DNA of 34,624 nucleotides from a virus (IMGVR_UViG_3300043171_000124:1-34624), one strand, 5' to 3'; positions 1 through 9,159 are shown, numbered from the stretch's first letter. Made by a program: numbers and translations. Notes: generated by a model not told the origin, from the letters alone.

Positions 1-127
1 TCATTTGATGATGAAAACTCTGCAGTTATTGTTCCATATACATTATACACCCCTGCTTTTTCAATTGTGAATTTATGTGTATGAACAGACTCGCTTGTAT
101 CCACTAGTGGGGTTACTGCTCCATTTG
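1..127. repeat. Terminal direct repeat (left copy), identical to 34498-34624; most likely assembler circular overlap
   Basis: Exact 127-nt match to the window end. It lies inside a gene that reads through the junction, and 127 is a common assembler k-mer size. Confidence 0.95.
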
Positions 128-419
128 CTTCATGGTGTATTGTGTCAAAAGCAGATATTTTAATAGGTGTTGCTGTTTGTGTTTGCCCACCTGTATATGG
201 AGTAGCTAATACCATGTGTGCATATCCAATGTTTGCAAGTTCTTCTAAAGCTGCTTGAATTGTTTCTGCTATCAATGAAGTTTCACTGTTTTCAAAAGGT
301 AAATATGCTATATCACTTTCGCCTTTGTCTTGCACCGCATCTGTTGATGCAGTTCCTCCTAAATTTACCCCCGAAATGTTTCCCGAATTTAAAACTGTCT
401 GTAAGTCAATATCAGCCAT
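1..419 (-). CDS. 5' part of a ~210-aa virion protein spanning the circular junction (continues 34497->34284); putative head fibre/decoration protein with beta-sandwich C-terminus
   Basis: ATG at 419 with SD AGGAG, overlapping the upstream stop. Translates MADIDLQTVLNSGNISGVNLGG...IAETIQAALEELANIGYAHM...VDTSESVHTH, in frame with ORF 34284..34601; 633 nt in total. Confidence 0.8.
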   Translation of the reverse strand, partial: MADIDLQTVLNSGNISGVNLGGTASTDAVQDKGESDIAYLPFENSETSLIAETIQAALEELANIGYAHMVLATPYTGGQTQTATPIKISAFDTIHHEANGAVTPLVDTSESVHTHKFTIEKAGVYNVYGTITAEFSSSN

Positions 420-702
420 TATCTACTCCTTTTTCCATTTGTTTTAGTCTGTTCTTTATATCCATTACGAAGTTTGCTTGACCTTGCTTGAGTCCTATGC
501 TGATTTGTGTATCATTTGGATGTGCTATCCATACATAAACATATTGCTCAGTCCATTGTTCAAGCAGTTTTTGTCCTGCTTCGCTATTAAACACTAGAGC
601 ATAGAGAGAATTCTCAGCTTCTTTAAGTAAGTTGGCTTGTCTCGCCTGCTTCTCTCGTGCTTTGTCTTGACCTTCTGTGTCTCTTGGGTCTAAATCATTC
701 AC
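412..702 (-). CDS. Small protein following the portal (Bbp19-like)
   Basis: 'YALVFNSEAGQKLLEQW...GLKQGQANFV' resembles the post-portal protein of BPP-1-like podoviruses. Probable GTG start at 702 overlaps the portal stop. Confidence 0.65.
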   Translation of the reverse strand: MNDLDPRDTEGQDKAREKQARQANLLKEAENSLYALVFNSEAGQKLLEQWTEQYVYVWIAHPNDTQISIGLKQGQANFVMDIKNRLKQMEKGVDNG

Positions 703-2227
703 CTTGACCGCCTTGTGCTGCTGCCATTGCTGCCATTTGAGCTTGCATTTTCTCGTCATACTCTTTTTTCTCTAAGTCATCACGTTTAAATGTTTTAGGT
801 ATGCCCATCTTATCTATTATGTAACCTGGTCCATCTTCCATTTTAACTTCACGAGCTACAACTTCAGGTGGAAACATCTGCATAATCTCTACTGTTTTCA
901 TAAACTGCATTATCTCATCAGCATCTTGTTGTCTTGCTAGTGGAGAAGTGAACTTGATTGTAATCTCTTTGCCATCTATCTTCATTGGTACTAACTTGCC
1001 AAGTCTTACTAAAATCTTTACTACCTGATTAAGTAGTCTTTCTAATAGTTCTGTTTGAAGTTTACCGGTAGCACTTCCGCTTGTTGCTTGCATATCTGCA
1101 TCTCTTATACTCATTTCAGTAGCAGTTCTTACAGGAGTTTCTTCTATTGAACCAAAAGGCTTACTAATCATAACCGTTCTTATTGACTCTTGTAAGCGTC
1201 CTATATCATATTGAAGGATATTGTAGTCGCCGCCTGCAACTAATGGTGCTAATGTTGGGTTATTTCTATCGTTTGAACCTACAACCATCACTCCACCAGG
1301 TGCTACTATTTGAGTATAAGGGTTTATTACCCCATCGTCTGTGGCTGTGAACATTGGATTAACTGACCACGCTGCTGCTCTTAAGTGGTCTTCTACCATC
1401 TTGTTAAGCGTCTTAATGTCTGGTAATGCTCTCATTATACGACCACGACCATAAACTTCACCAGGGATTGTTGATTCTCTAAACACTACCCATTCGCTAG
1501 AATCGTCTTCTTCTTCTAAAAGAACATCTTTATTTGTTTCATCAAGTAACATAGTGATATAGCTACCGGTCTTTTCATCTTTATAGACACCCTCGACTAA
1601 ATTAACCTCTGGATTATCTTCTAATTGCTTTTGTAGCTTATCATTTAGTTCAGCTTTAGGCCATATATATTCAATGTCTTTAACATTTACTTTTATATCA
1701 CGCCATACTGTCTCAACTATACCAAGTGCAGATTTCTCTATTAGTATTTCAGATAATGACACACTTCTAAAGTTAATTGCTGATTGAATACCATCGCCTT
1801 CTTCTACAATTATAGCTCCGGTAGATATACCTAAGTCTAAGAATGTTTCTTTGATCTGCCCGTTAAAGTTTGAGTGGTTGATGTGATGGAAGATAGTATC
1901 TGTTGCTTCTTCAAGATATTTTTCTACTTGTGCTTTTTTCTCTTCCGGTATCTCACTACCTGCTTCAAGCATAAACCATTTACGCCAAGCTGGAACAAGC
2001 TGAGACTCCATACGACTTGCATAATCTTCTAAAGCATATTCAGCGGTAGAGTCATAAACATATTCGCGTTTCTTTTGTCCTGGAGAGAAGTGGTCAAAGG
2101 TTTGAGATTCGGGTAAGGCGTAGCGGTAACACTCTCTAAGGTGTGATTCCCATTGAGCTTTTTTGTTTTGCCGTGCTTTGTTAACACGCTTTATCATTCT
2201 TTCGTAGTTAAATAGTTTTGGTTGCAT
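695..2227 (-). CDS. Portal protein (T7-like head-tail connector)
   Basis: 510 aa with motifs YDSTA, DLGISTG, GEVYGRG..ALPDIKTLN, TATE and SPLAR typical of podovirus portals. Confidence 0.93.
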   Translation of the reverse strand: MQPKLFNYERMIKRVNKARQNKKAQWESHLRECYRYALPESQTFDHFSPGQKKREYVYDSTAEYALEDYASRMESQLVPAWRKWFMLEAGSEIPEEKKAQVEKYLEEATDTIFHHINHSNFNGQIKETFLDLGISTGAIIVEEGDGIQSAINFRSVSLSEILIEKSALGIVETVWRDIKVNVKDIEYIWPKAELNDKLQKQLEDNPEVNLVEGVYKDEKTGSYITMLLDETNKDVLLEEEDDSSEWVVFRESTIPGEVYGRGRIMRALPDIKTLNKMVEDHLRAAAWSVNPMFTATDDGVINPYTQIVAPGGVMVVGSNDRNNPTLAPLVAGGDYNILQYDIGRLQESIRTVMISKPFGSIEETPVRTATEMSIRDADMQATSGSATGKLQTELLERLLNQVVKILVRLGKLVPMKIDGKEITIKFTSPLARQQDADEIMQFMKTVEIMQMFPPEVVAREVKMEDGPGYIIDKMGIPKTFKRDDLEKKEYDEKMQAQMAAMAAAQGGQGE

Positions 2228-2396
2228 CTTTCTCTACCTTTTTGCGTGTTCTTTTAGGCTTTTCTTCTTTACAATCACAATCAAAGAGTTTTAAGAAGTC
2301 CTCTTTAGTGTTAAAAGTTTGTCCGGGAAGAATCTTTGTTGTTTTATTACACTCTTTACATACTACCCAAGTGTAGTTAGCATTAACTTTCATCAT
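2208..2396 (-). CDS. Small hypothetical protein, Cys-containing (CxxC...CxC)
   Basis: 62 aa; overlaps both neighbours in an operon-like manner. Confidence 0.6.
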   Translation of the reverse strand: MMKVNANYTWVVCKECNKTTKILPGQTFNTKEDFLKLFDCDCKEEKPKRTRKKVEKDATKTI

Positions 2397-2593
2397 CCGC
2401 CTCCAAGTGTATCGGCTCTAACACCTGCTTCACCGCCTCTATATAGCAATGATCTTCTGCCTTTTTTCTTTCTTTCAAGGCTTTTTTGTTTTTCTTCTTC
2501 AACTAAATCTTTTGGTTCTGCTCGTTGTTTAGGAATTTCCGTGATTGCTTCAAATGTTTTTTTAAACACCGATTTGCCTGTGAATCCGCCCAT
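2393..2593 (-). CDS. Small pre-portal virion-associated protein (MGG...RRSLL...TLG type)
   Basis: 66 aa; paralogous motifs with 2595..2825; such short proteins commonly precede the portal in podoviruses. Confidence 0.7.
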   Translation of the reverse strand: MGGFTGKSVFKKTFEAITEIPKQRAEPKDLVEEEKQKSLERKKKGRRSLLYRGGEAGVRADTLGGG

Positions 2594-2594
2594 T

Positions 2595-2825
2595 TTATTC
2601 TCCTAGTGTGCCTGATTTGACACCTGCTTCATCAGTTCCAGCGAATAATAAAGACCTGCGCCCTTGTCGCTTTCTTTTTTGTCTTAACAATCTCTCTTCT
2701 TCTTTGGCTGTAACATCAGCTTCTTGTTTAGCTAACAAATCTTGTTGTTTTTTTGCTGCATCTGCTGCAACTCTCTCTGCTTTTTTAGCTGATCTTCCCG
2801 TTAAAGTATCTACAACTCCACCCAT
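2595..2825 (-). CDS. Small pre-portal virion-associated protein (MGG...RRSLL...TLG type)
   Basis: 76 aa; SD AAGGAG and its own extended -10 promoter upstream. Confidence 0.75.
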   Translation of the reverse strand: MGGVVDTLTGRSAKKAERVAADAAKKQQDLLAKQEADVTAKEEERLLRQKRKRQGRRSLLFAGTDEAGVKSGTLGE

Positions 2826-2854
2826 AACTACTCCTTAAAATTAATTAATATCAA

Positions 2855-2863
2855 ATTATAGCA
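2855..2863 (-). promoter_or_regulatory. Extended -10 promoter (TGCTATAAT) for the portal/head operon
   Basis: TGnTATAAT in an AT-rich gap about 30 nt upstream of ATG 2825. Confidence 0.65.
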
Positions 2864-2878
2864 CAATCTCTTCTAATA

Positions 2879-3232
2879 TTATTTAATATGAAATTCCTTC
2901 GGTATAAATTGATAAACATCAGGCTCTATTTCTATTGAATTGTTCCCCAACACATTCCTTTTGCCTGTGTACATAATAGGCATATTGTACTTGGTTGTAT
3001 AAACATCAAATAGTCCTACTCCAAGTTTTGACAACTCTACACTACCTTTTCTGTTGAATGGCTCTAAGTAATAGAAAGCGATGTAGTCATCCATTAAAGA
3101 ATAAAGGAATATCAAATCATCAGTAATTATATTAACGTGTGTTGTTGCGAGGTATTCATTGAAGCCATCTTCGCCATCTATTGTATGTTTGATGATGTGG
3201 TCTTTATGTTCTAGCAGGATCTCATCAGTCAC
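2879..3232 (-). CDS. Hypothetical protein
   Basis: 117 aa ORF with GTG start and GAGG SD; no motif recognised. Confidence 0.65.
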   Translation of the reverse strand: MTDEILLEHKDHIIKHTIDGEDGFNEYLATTHVNIITDDLIFLYSLMDDYIAFYYLEPFNRKGSVELSKLGVGLFDVYTTKYNMPIMYTGKRNVLGNNSIEIEPDVYQFIPKEFHIK

Positions 3233-3392
3233 TGTACCTCTTTACTATATATCTAATCTCTGCAAGTTGATTGTTTGCTTTTATTAGTTGTTTTTGATAA
3301 GTCTTTGCTCTTTCTCTCCACTCAATTAACTCATTGACTACTTGCTCCATTGTCACGTCAGGGTTATCTGCTAACCATTCTTTAGTTGTCAT
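3225..3392 (-). CDS. Small coiled-coil hypothetical protein (55 aa, not in ORF track)
   Basis: MTTKEWLADNPDVTMEQVVNELIEWRERAKTYQKQL...; overlaps both neighbours and fills the gap. Confidence 0.6.
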   Translation of the reverse strand: MTTKEWLADNPDVTMEQVVNELIEWRERAKTYQKQLIKANNQLAEIRYIVKRYSD

Positions 3393-4683
3393 ACGGACTC
3401 CAGTTATTAGTTTTGCCTTGCGCTTTGTCTTTGTGTTGCTCTAAAGGTTTTCTTCTGCTGAATCTAAGAGGGAATAGTTTAGCTATTAAATAACCACTAG
3501 CGTCAATCCCTTTATTGTCATGTCCATTCTTTTTATCGGGCATCTTTGTATTCTCATCATATGATTGTTGTTCTACTGCTCTCGTATATTTAGGACACAT
3601 TGTTGTGTTTATAAAGTATTTTCTCTCATTCATTGCATTACAGAACATTGTGTTCATTCCGTTTACTCTAGTCATAACACCAGGATTACTATTATCTACT
3701 CTCACGCTAAACCCTGCTTGTTTTAAAAGCTTAATGTCTGAACTATTACCATCTACTGATTTTCTTGATTTTCCTGCTGCATCAGGATACACAAATACTT
3801 TTCGCCCTGCATATATGTTCTCTAACACTTCTATAAGTTCAGGAGTATCAAATAAGTCTAAGTGTTCATCAACTGCATAGGCTTTCTGATCTTTGATTAA
3901 ATGAGGGATAGCAGACATGGCACCAACATTAAAATCTATTCCTATATGTAAATCACTCACCCCATCATCAGTTACACTTGTATCATTAAGAGTTCTATCG
4001 TATTGTGTGTAAACTGTTCCGCTTGTTAAGTTGGTAAACTCTCCATTAAGATATGCTTCGATAAGCTCGGCTGGATATTGTTGCCTCATTGTATCTATAT
4101 AGTCTTGAGGTAAGTGGTAGTTATCTGTGGTCTTAGCTCTGATTAGCCTCTTGCCTTCTCCTGCTTCCTCAACAAAGATTCTATACATAGCACGATAACC
4201 CTCAGGAGTAGATACGATTATCATTTGTCTTACATTACCTACACGAATACGACCAAGTAGTTTTATGTAAGCGTTGTATGCAAGTTCTGCTTTAGCTGTG
4301 TCGAACTCATCCATAATAACCCAAGCAGCATTAATTCCGATTAGTCTTTCATAACCTTCCATTGACTTACAGATTATTCTAGTCTCTTTGCCCTCTATTT
4401 GACAGTAGAAGATTGACTCTCCGGCTTTATACTCATACGCGATTCCAAAGTATTCAAGTGCTGTTTTGATTTCGGGTATAAGTATTTGTGTAAGTAGTGG
4501 GAAGTTTGGCTCTGTCACTATTCCATCGCATCCTGGATTAGCTTGTGCTAGTAGTATTGCTTTACGAGCAACAACAAAAGTTTTACCTGCCCCGAAGCCA
4601 CTTACTAGACCTAATATCTTAGTGGTGGTGTCTTTTATTATTGCGAATTGGTGAGGTAGTAGTTTAAGAGTTTTTGGCATCAT
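3382..4683 (-). CDS. terL: Terminase large subunit
   Basis: Q-motif LLPHQ, Walker A GFGAGKT, Walker B VIMDE, coupling motif STPEG, nuclease HIGIDFN and YPDAAG. Confidence 0.96.
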   Translation of the reverse strand: MMPKTLKLLPHQFAIIKDTTTKILGLVSGFGAGKTFVVARKAILLAQANPGCDGIVTEPNFPLLTQILIPEIKTALEYFGIAYEYKAGESIFYCQIEGKETRIICKSMEGYERLIGINAAWVIMDEFDTAKAELAYNAYIKLLGRIRVGNVRQMIIVSTPEGYRAMYRIFVEEAGEGKRLIRAKTTDNYHLPQDYIDTMRQQYPAELIEAYLNGEFTNLTSGTVYTQYDRTLNDTSVTDDGVSDLHIGIDFNVGAMSAIPHLIKDQKAYAVDEHLDLFDTPELIEVLENIYAGRKVFVYPDAAGKSRKSVDGNSSDIKLLKQAGFSVRVDNSNPGVMTRVNGMNTMFCNAMNERKYFINTTMCPKYTRAVEQQSYDENTKMPDKKNGHDNKGIDASGYLIAKLFPLRFSRRKPLEQHKDKAQGKTNNWSPYDN

Positions 4684-4891
4684 CTACTACTATGAATGTA
4701 TATTTATATCTTTGCTCTTGTTGGCTCATTGTGCAATTTATAATTTTTCTATATTCTTCTCCTGCTAACTTGAATACCTCTTTGTCAAAAGCCCTCATTC
4801 TGTAATCGTTGATGTCTACGGCTATTGGAGCATTCATCCCTTCTATCTCTGTTAAATTATAATTGGTTGTTATTGATACCTCTTTAATCAT
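4664..4891 (-). CDS. Hypothetical protein between terS and terL
   Basis: 75 aa ORF overlapping both neighbours. Confidence 0.6.
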   Translation of the reverse strand: MIKEVSITTNYNLTEIEGMNAPIAVDINDYRMRAFDKEVFKLAGEEYRKIINCTMSQQEQRYKYTFIVVDDAKNS

Positions 4892-5429
4892 CTCTCTTAT
4901 CCTCCACTATATTAACAACAGTTGTGCTTCCTACTGGTTTTTGGGTGTTGTCTTTTTCAAATATTCCAAAATGTTTTCCTAGAAGCTCTAGTGATTTTGT
5001 TTTGTCTTGAGCCTTGAACACAGGGATTTCAATATATTCACCATCTCCTATATGAATTGACTTTAGCCCATACGAAGAAAGAGCCGACTTTTGATTATCC
5101 GTTAATTCACTTAACTGCTTAACATCTCCATTATCGTGATAGAAGTCGGATTCTCGCATAAATGCTGTTTTTGCTATCTCTTGGACAACCTTATCCCCTG
5201 TAATTTCAGTTCTCTTTTCTCTCTCTTTTATATAGAACCTGATATACTCTTGAACTTTAACATGAGTTAACAGCCTACTTGCTTGTGATGCAGCGGTCTT
5301 TTCACTGTATCCTGCTTGTATTGCTGCCTCTTTCCCATTGAATCTTATAATGTAGTTTTGTGCAAATGTTCTGTATTGTTTATCTTGCTTTTTTGTAAGA
5401 TTTAGAGGTTTAGAGGTATCTTTCATCAA
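4884..5429 (-). CDS. terS: Terminase small subunit
   Basis: HTH motif NGKEAAIQAGYSEKTAASQASRLL and C-terminal DKTKSLELLGKHFGIF, classic for the Terminase_2 family; lies upstream of terL. Confidence 0.93.
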   Translation of the reverse strand: MMKDTSKPLNLTKKQDKQYRTFAQNYIIRFNGKEAAIQAGYSEKTAASQASRLLTHVKVQEYIRFYIKEREKRTEITGDKVVQEIAKTAFMRESDFYHDNGDVKQLSELTDNQKSALSSYGLKSIHIGDGEYIEIPVFKAQDKTKSLELLGKHFGIFEKDNTQKPVGSTTVVNIVEDKRDD

Positions 5430-5453
5430 GGCTCTTTTAATTGGTTTCCCATA

Positions 5454-5684
5454 TTATAGCATAAAGTGTTTTGCGCTTTTATAAATAACTGCTCTTTGCA
5501 TAATCGCTTGAGATGCTAATACTTTTTCATCATACTCTTTTAAAATAGTGTTTACTATTCGTGAGTTATTAAAATGATTGTAAATATTCTCTCTTCCATC
5601 TAATTTAATATAAGTATATATATCTGTTCTTAGTGTAATTAATCTACCAACTCTTTCTGCTATGATTTTATCTTGCTCATTCAT
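5454..5684 (-). CDS. Hypothetical protein
   Basis: 76 aa with SD AAGGA. Confidence 0.6.
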   Translation of the reverse strand: MNEQDKIIAERVGRLITLRTDIYTYIKLDGRENIYNHFNNSRIVNTILKEYDEKVLASQAIMQRAVIYKSAKHFML

Positions 5685-5744
5685 CTCTATCCTTTTGTTT
5701 TACTATAGGATACTTTGGCATTTGTAGCCCTATTTTACGAAGTT

Positions 5745-5996
5745 TCATTTTTTAACAAGACCACACTCTAATTGCTGTGAATCTCTCATCATCCTGATTA
5801 TTCTCTTTGTGCGTTGTAAGTATTCACACTCTTTTATGATTATACCTAAGTTATTCACAAGTAGATCGCACTGTTTCTTTTTTTGTATCTCTTTCTTGTA
5901 CAGCTTAAAGCTTCTGTCGTAGTCTGCTTTTGCTATCTCACATGCATCGTTTGCGCTTAAGCTTAATGCGAGTGCTATTAGTATTAAGTATTTCAT
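5745..5996 (-). CDS. Hypothetical exported protein (signal peptide, 4 Cys)
   Basis: MKYLILIALALSLSA-ND resembles a Sec signal peptide; mature part is helical and basic. Confidence 0.65.
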   Translation of the reverse strand: MKYLILIALALSLSANDACEIAKADYDRSFKLYKKEIQKKKQCDLLVNNLGIIIKECEYLQRTKRIIRMMRDSQQLECGLVKK

Positions 5997-6126
5997 TATT
6001 TATCCCTCAACATCTGCTTAATCTCCCTCTTCACCACTCTCATTGATTTAATGTGCTGTTTTTCTGCTTCTTTTACTTGTTTTGTGTTTGGTGTTGCTAT
6101 TGGTTGTGCTTTCATTGTTTAGCTCC

Positions 6127-6387
6127 TTAAAAGTTATCTATTCTACAAAGTGCTATATCTTCTGCAACTTTATCTATACTATCCCAACTCTCTCCACCAT
6201 CAAATGATATTTTGAGTGTTTCTGGTTTGATTTCTTCATAAAAATACTTAGCTACCATTTTACGAGTTCCATCACTGCCTTTGTATGTTTCTCCGCCATA
6301 GAGCGAGGTTATAATATTAAAGCCTCCATCAAAAGCACCCTCAACTTCCTCATCACTATCTATCTTCTCAGCTTTACATATAAACAT
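6127..6387 (-). CDS. Hypothetical protein (YopX-like N-terminus possible)
   Basis: 86 aa; 'KAEKIDSDEEVEG...EIKPETL' recalls YopX-related phage proteins. Confidence 0.55.
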   Translation of the reverse strand: MFICKAEKIDSDEEVEGAFDGGFNIITSLYGGETYKGSDGTRKMVAKYFYEEIKPETLKISFDGGESWDSIDKVAEDIALCRIDNF

Positions 6388-7646
6388 TAGTTATCCTTTC
6401 CATCAAAATGGAGACTGTCACGCTCTTCTTGAGTTGCTAGTCTCCATTTTCTTCTTATTTGTTCTGTAACTCCTTGTTTCGTATGAACTATGAATAATGT
6501 ATCTACATCAGACACCATCATACAAGGAAAATTACTCTCATCTTCATACCAGAGTTTCTTTATTGGTGTGAGGTCACGACTAGTGCCGATTATGTCCGAA
6601 TCAACACATACACCGCTTAAATCCCAAGTGCGAGAAAAAGCTCCCAAATCCTCTTTAGTATATCCTATTATGAAAATGCCTACCACTTTCAACAACTCAC
6701 CTTCAAACTCTGGTTTCTCAAATTCATAAACCTTATCATCTTCATCTGTTATGCTTATAGTTTGTTCCAATTCCGTATTGCCCAAATTATCGTTGGAGTT
6801 ATTGCTATTATTAACACTATTGCGAATTTCTGCTCTTCTGTCATCTTTTTCTCCTACTATAGAAAGCTCATCTATTCCGTGTATCGGCTTCTTAGCTTCT
6901 TCATATGTTAATTCTTCATCTTCCATTGAATTTATTTGAACTGTTTCCATTTTGGAAGTAGTTGGTTCAACTTGTGCATTATTTGCACTTGTTGGCTCAG
7001 TCCAACTTAAAGCTCCGTTGTTTATGTAGAATTGTTTATTGTTAGCTTTATATTTGTTATATGTAACACTTCCCTCTTCCATATACCGAGCGTGGTTATT
7101 ATGAATTAAAAAATACCAATCTACTCCATCTTCTTCATAAACAGTCTCTACAGTAATCCCATTCTCAACCAACAAATCATAAGCCTCTTGTGAAGCTTTG
7201 ATATAACCACCGTTAAAGAAACCATTGCAACCACCCAACTCTGGATAATTGTCTTTGTGTTTAATTTTACAGTCTTCACATAAGCTATTGCCGACTACTT
7301 CTTTACCACATTCCATACACATCATAGTTTCTTTACCATCACATTGTGGTTTAGCTAGTTGATATTTCCAATTAGGATTATAATTTTCAAAGAATTGGGC
7401 AGTGTGTGTAAGGGGTATAAAATATATACTTGATTGGCTTTTAAATTCAATTTCAACATCAGGATTAGCTATAACTGCATCAGCTACTTTTTTATCTTTT
7501 TTGGCTATATAAATGAATTGATTATCAAAGAGCATTACATTATCTACATCATAACATTTATAAATTTGTCCAATTTGAGGTTTAAAGTATGGCACCCACT
7601 TATCAGGATTCTTTTTATACTCTGCTTTCATTTGTTCATTGTTCAT
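6387..7646 (-). CDS. Large mosaic hypothetical protein with central zinc finger
   Basis: 419 aa; CMECG...LCEDC zinc ribbon, with low-complexity N/T-rich linkers separating modules. Confidence 0.75.
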   Translation of the reverse strand: MNNEQMKAEYKKNPDKWVPYFKPQIGQIYKCYDVDNVMLFDNQFIYIAKKDKKVADAVIANPDVEIEFKSQSSIYFIPLTHTAQFFENYNPNWKYQLAKPQCDGKETMMCMECGKEVVGNSLCEDCKIKHKDNYPELGGCNGFFNGGYIKASQEAYDLLVENGITVETVYEEDGVDWYFLIHNNHARYMEEGSVTYNKYKANNKQFYINNGALSWTEPTSANNAQVEPTTSKMETVQINSMEDEELTYEEAKKPIHGIDELSIVGEKDDRRAEIRNSVNNSNNSNDNLGNTELEQTISITDEDDKVYEFEKPEFEGELLKVVGIFIIGYTKEDLGAFSRTWDLSGVCVDSDIIGTSRDLTPIKKLWYEDESNFPCMMVSDVDTLFIVHTKQGVTEQIRRKWRLATQEERDSLHFDGKDN

Positions 7647-7813
7647 TTTGTTTCCTTTCGTTTTTCAGGTTCACTATCTTTTTCCATCTCGCGTCTTTTT
7701 GCTCTTTCTTCATCAGTCATTTTTCATCCATCCTTTTATTTCAACTTTAAAAGCTTCAAGTGCTTGTTTCATTTCGATATATTTTCTTTGTCTGTTTAGT
7801 TCAATTAGGTTTA

Positions 7814-8116
7814 TCATTTTGCTTTCCAATCATTACACCCAAAACCTTTATAAACCATTTTTTTGTAGCTTGTTTCTACTCCTAAACCACAATCACTAAA
7901 ACTATTTTCATCTATCTCTGTATTATTAAAAAATGCGCAAGTCTCACAAGTTCTTGATTCTAGTTCATCAAGAATTTTTATAGATTTTTCAACATTTTCT
8001 TTATCCGTACTAAGGTCATGTTTTTGTTGGAAATAGTCACTTGCGTACTCAGCCCATCCAATAGCCTCAGTAAGTGCATCTTTTATAAAACTTACTTCTT
8101 GTCTACTTAACATCAC
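7814..8116 (-). CDS. Hypothetical protein with C-terminal CxxC...C...FxCxxW module
   Basis: 100 aa; ends RTCETC...DCGL...FGCNDWKAK. Confidence 0.7.
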   Translation of the reverse strand: MMLSRQEVSFIKDALTEAIGWAEYASDYFQQKHDLSTDKENVEKSIKILDELESRTCETCAFFNNTEIDENSFSDCGLGVETSYKKMVYKGFGCNDWKAK

Positions 8117-8122
8117 TTCTCC

Positions 8123-8242
8123 TTAACCTGCATTTCTTAAGATCACATAAGACTTTTTCAACCCGACATTACAGTTAGGACATTTTAAAGTTCTTAGCAT
8201 GTATATTCTTTTGCACTTAGGGCATTGGTTTATTGTTTTCAT
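8123..8242 (-). CDS. Small zinc-ribbon protein (39 aa, not in ORF track)
   Basis: MKTINQCPKCKRIYMLRTLKCPNCNVG...; ATGA overlap with the YopX stop. Confidence 0.6.
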   Translation of the reverse strand: MKTINQCPKCKRIYMLRTLKCPNCNVGLKKSYVILRNAG

Positions 8243-8631
8243 TTTAGTAAATCTCCATTTTCATGTAAATTTCCGATGATTTCAGATGGAATTCCTGCTT
8301 TTATTCTATGTTTCAACCAGTCATATAGAAGCATTTGTTTTTTAGATTCACCATGAGGGACATTTACATAAAAAGCGCCATTTTTATAATACACTAACAG
8401 CTTCCATCTTTCATCAATTATATCATCCTGGTATATTTCTTCGCCATTTACGCCGTTTTTGTCTTTTAAGCCTGTGCCTTGCATAAGTTCAACAGTATCA
8501 TCTTCCATTTGAACATAATCCCCGTAAACTGTATCTCTTAAAGAAACTCCATTACAAGTAATTTTTATTTCTTCATTGCAAAATATTACTTTACATATCT
8601 TATCCCACGCTCTAAATTTAATCTCTCTCAT
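8239..8631 (-). CDS. YopX-family phage protein
   Basis: MREIKFRAWDK...ELMQGTGLKDKNG..EIYQDDII...EIIGNLHENGDLLK signature. Confidence 0.92.
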   Translation of the reverse strand: MREIKFRAWDKICKVIFCNEEIKITCNGVSLRDTVYGDYVQMEDDTVELMQGTGLKDKNGVNGEEIYQDDIIDERWKLLVYYKNGAFYVNVPHGESKKQMLLYDWLKHRIKAGIPSEIIGNLHENGDLLK

Positions 8632-8888
8632 AACTCTTCCCCCGTCATAACATTATTTGCACTTTCAAAAACCAACTCTGAATCGACAACCTTGTAGTAT
8701 CTTATGATGTTTGTTTCTTTATCAAAGATAGATACTCCAAAGCCTGTTTTTTCGTGATGGCTTAATGCTATGTTTGTGCTATCGTTTTCTAAAGAGTAGT
8801 TTAGTTTGTCATTATAGTCGATAACTTTGTCGTCTATTTTTAGTGTAACTCCGTTCATAATTAATCCCTTATAACGACTTGTTTCCAT
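8628..8888 (-). CDS. Hypothetical protein
   Basis: 86 aa ORF with ATGA coupling to YopX. Confidence 0.6.
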   Translation of the reverse strand: METSRYKGLIMNGVTLKIDDKVIDYNDKLNYSLENDSTNIALSHHEKTGFGVSIFDKETNIIRYYKVVDSELVFESANNVMTGEEL

Positions 8889-9012
8889 GCTTAACTAAAA
8901 GCTTGTCAACTACTACTTCTATTGAAGCGTAACCCTCTTTATCTCTGATTGCCTCTAACTGCTCTTTAGCCACTATTTTTACTTGAATATGTGTTTTTGT
9001 TTTCTTTTGCAT
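8869..9012 (-). CDS. Putative ribbon-helix-helix DNA-binding regulator (47 aa)
   Basis: KTHIQV (beta), AKEQLEAIRDKEG (helix), SIEVVVDKLL (helix); first gene at a divergent junction; SD AAGG before ATG 9012. Confidence 0.6.
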   Translation of the reverse strand: MQKKTKTHIQVKIVAKEQLEAIRDKEGYASIEVVVDKLLVKHGNKSL

Positions 9013-9159
9013 TTTAGACCTTCTTATCTTTAATATTAGCAATCTTAACATTATTGATTTTAAATACAGCTTAAATTCTATATATTTAATTCTTATCTAC
9101 CGCTTAAGCTACATTTAAAAAAGGTTCTGATAAACTTAGGAAGATTTAAAAAGAAAAGG
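9013..9159. promoter_or_regulatory. Divergent control region between the leftward and rightward early operons
   Basis: AT-rich intergenic region at the strand switch, with TTAAG/CTTAA tracts typical of Campylobacterota promoters. Confidence 0.55.

Noticed and set aside
1-127. 127-bp terminal repeat as a biological T7-like direct terminal repeat
   Set aside because: It falls mid-gene and equals a common assembler k-mer length, so it is best read as circular overlap. True packaging ends cannot be inferred.
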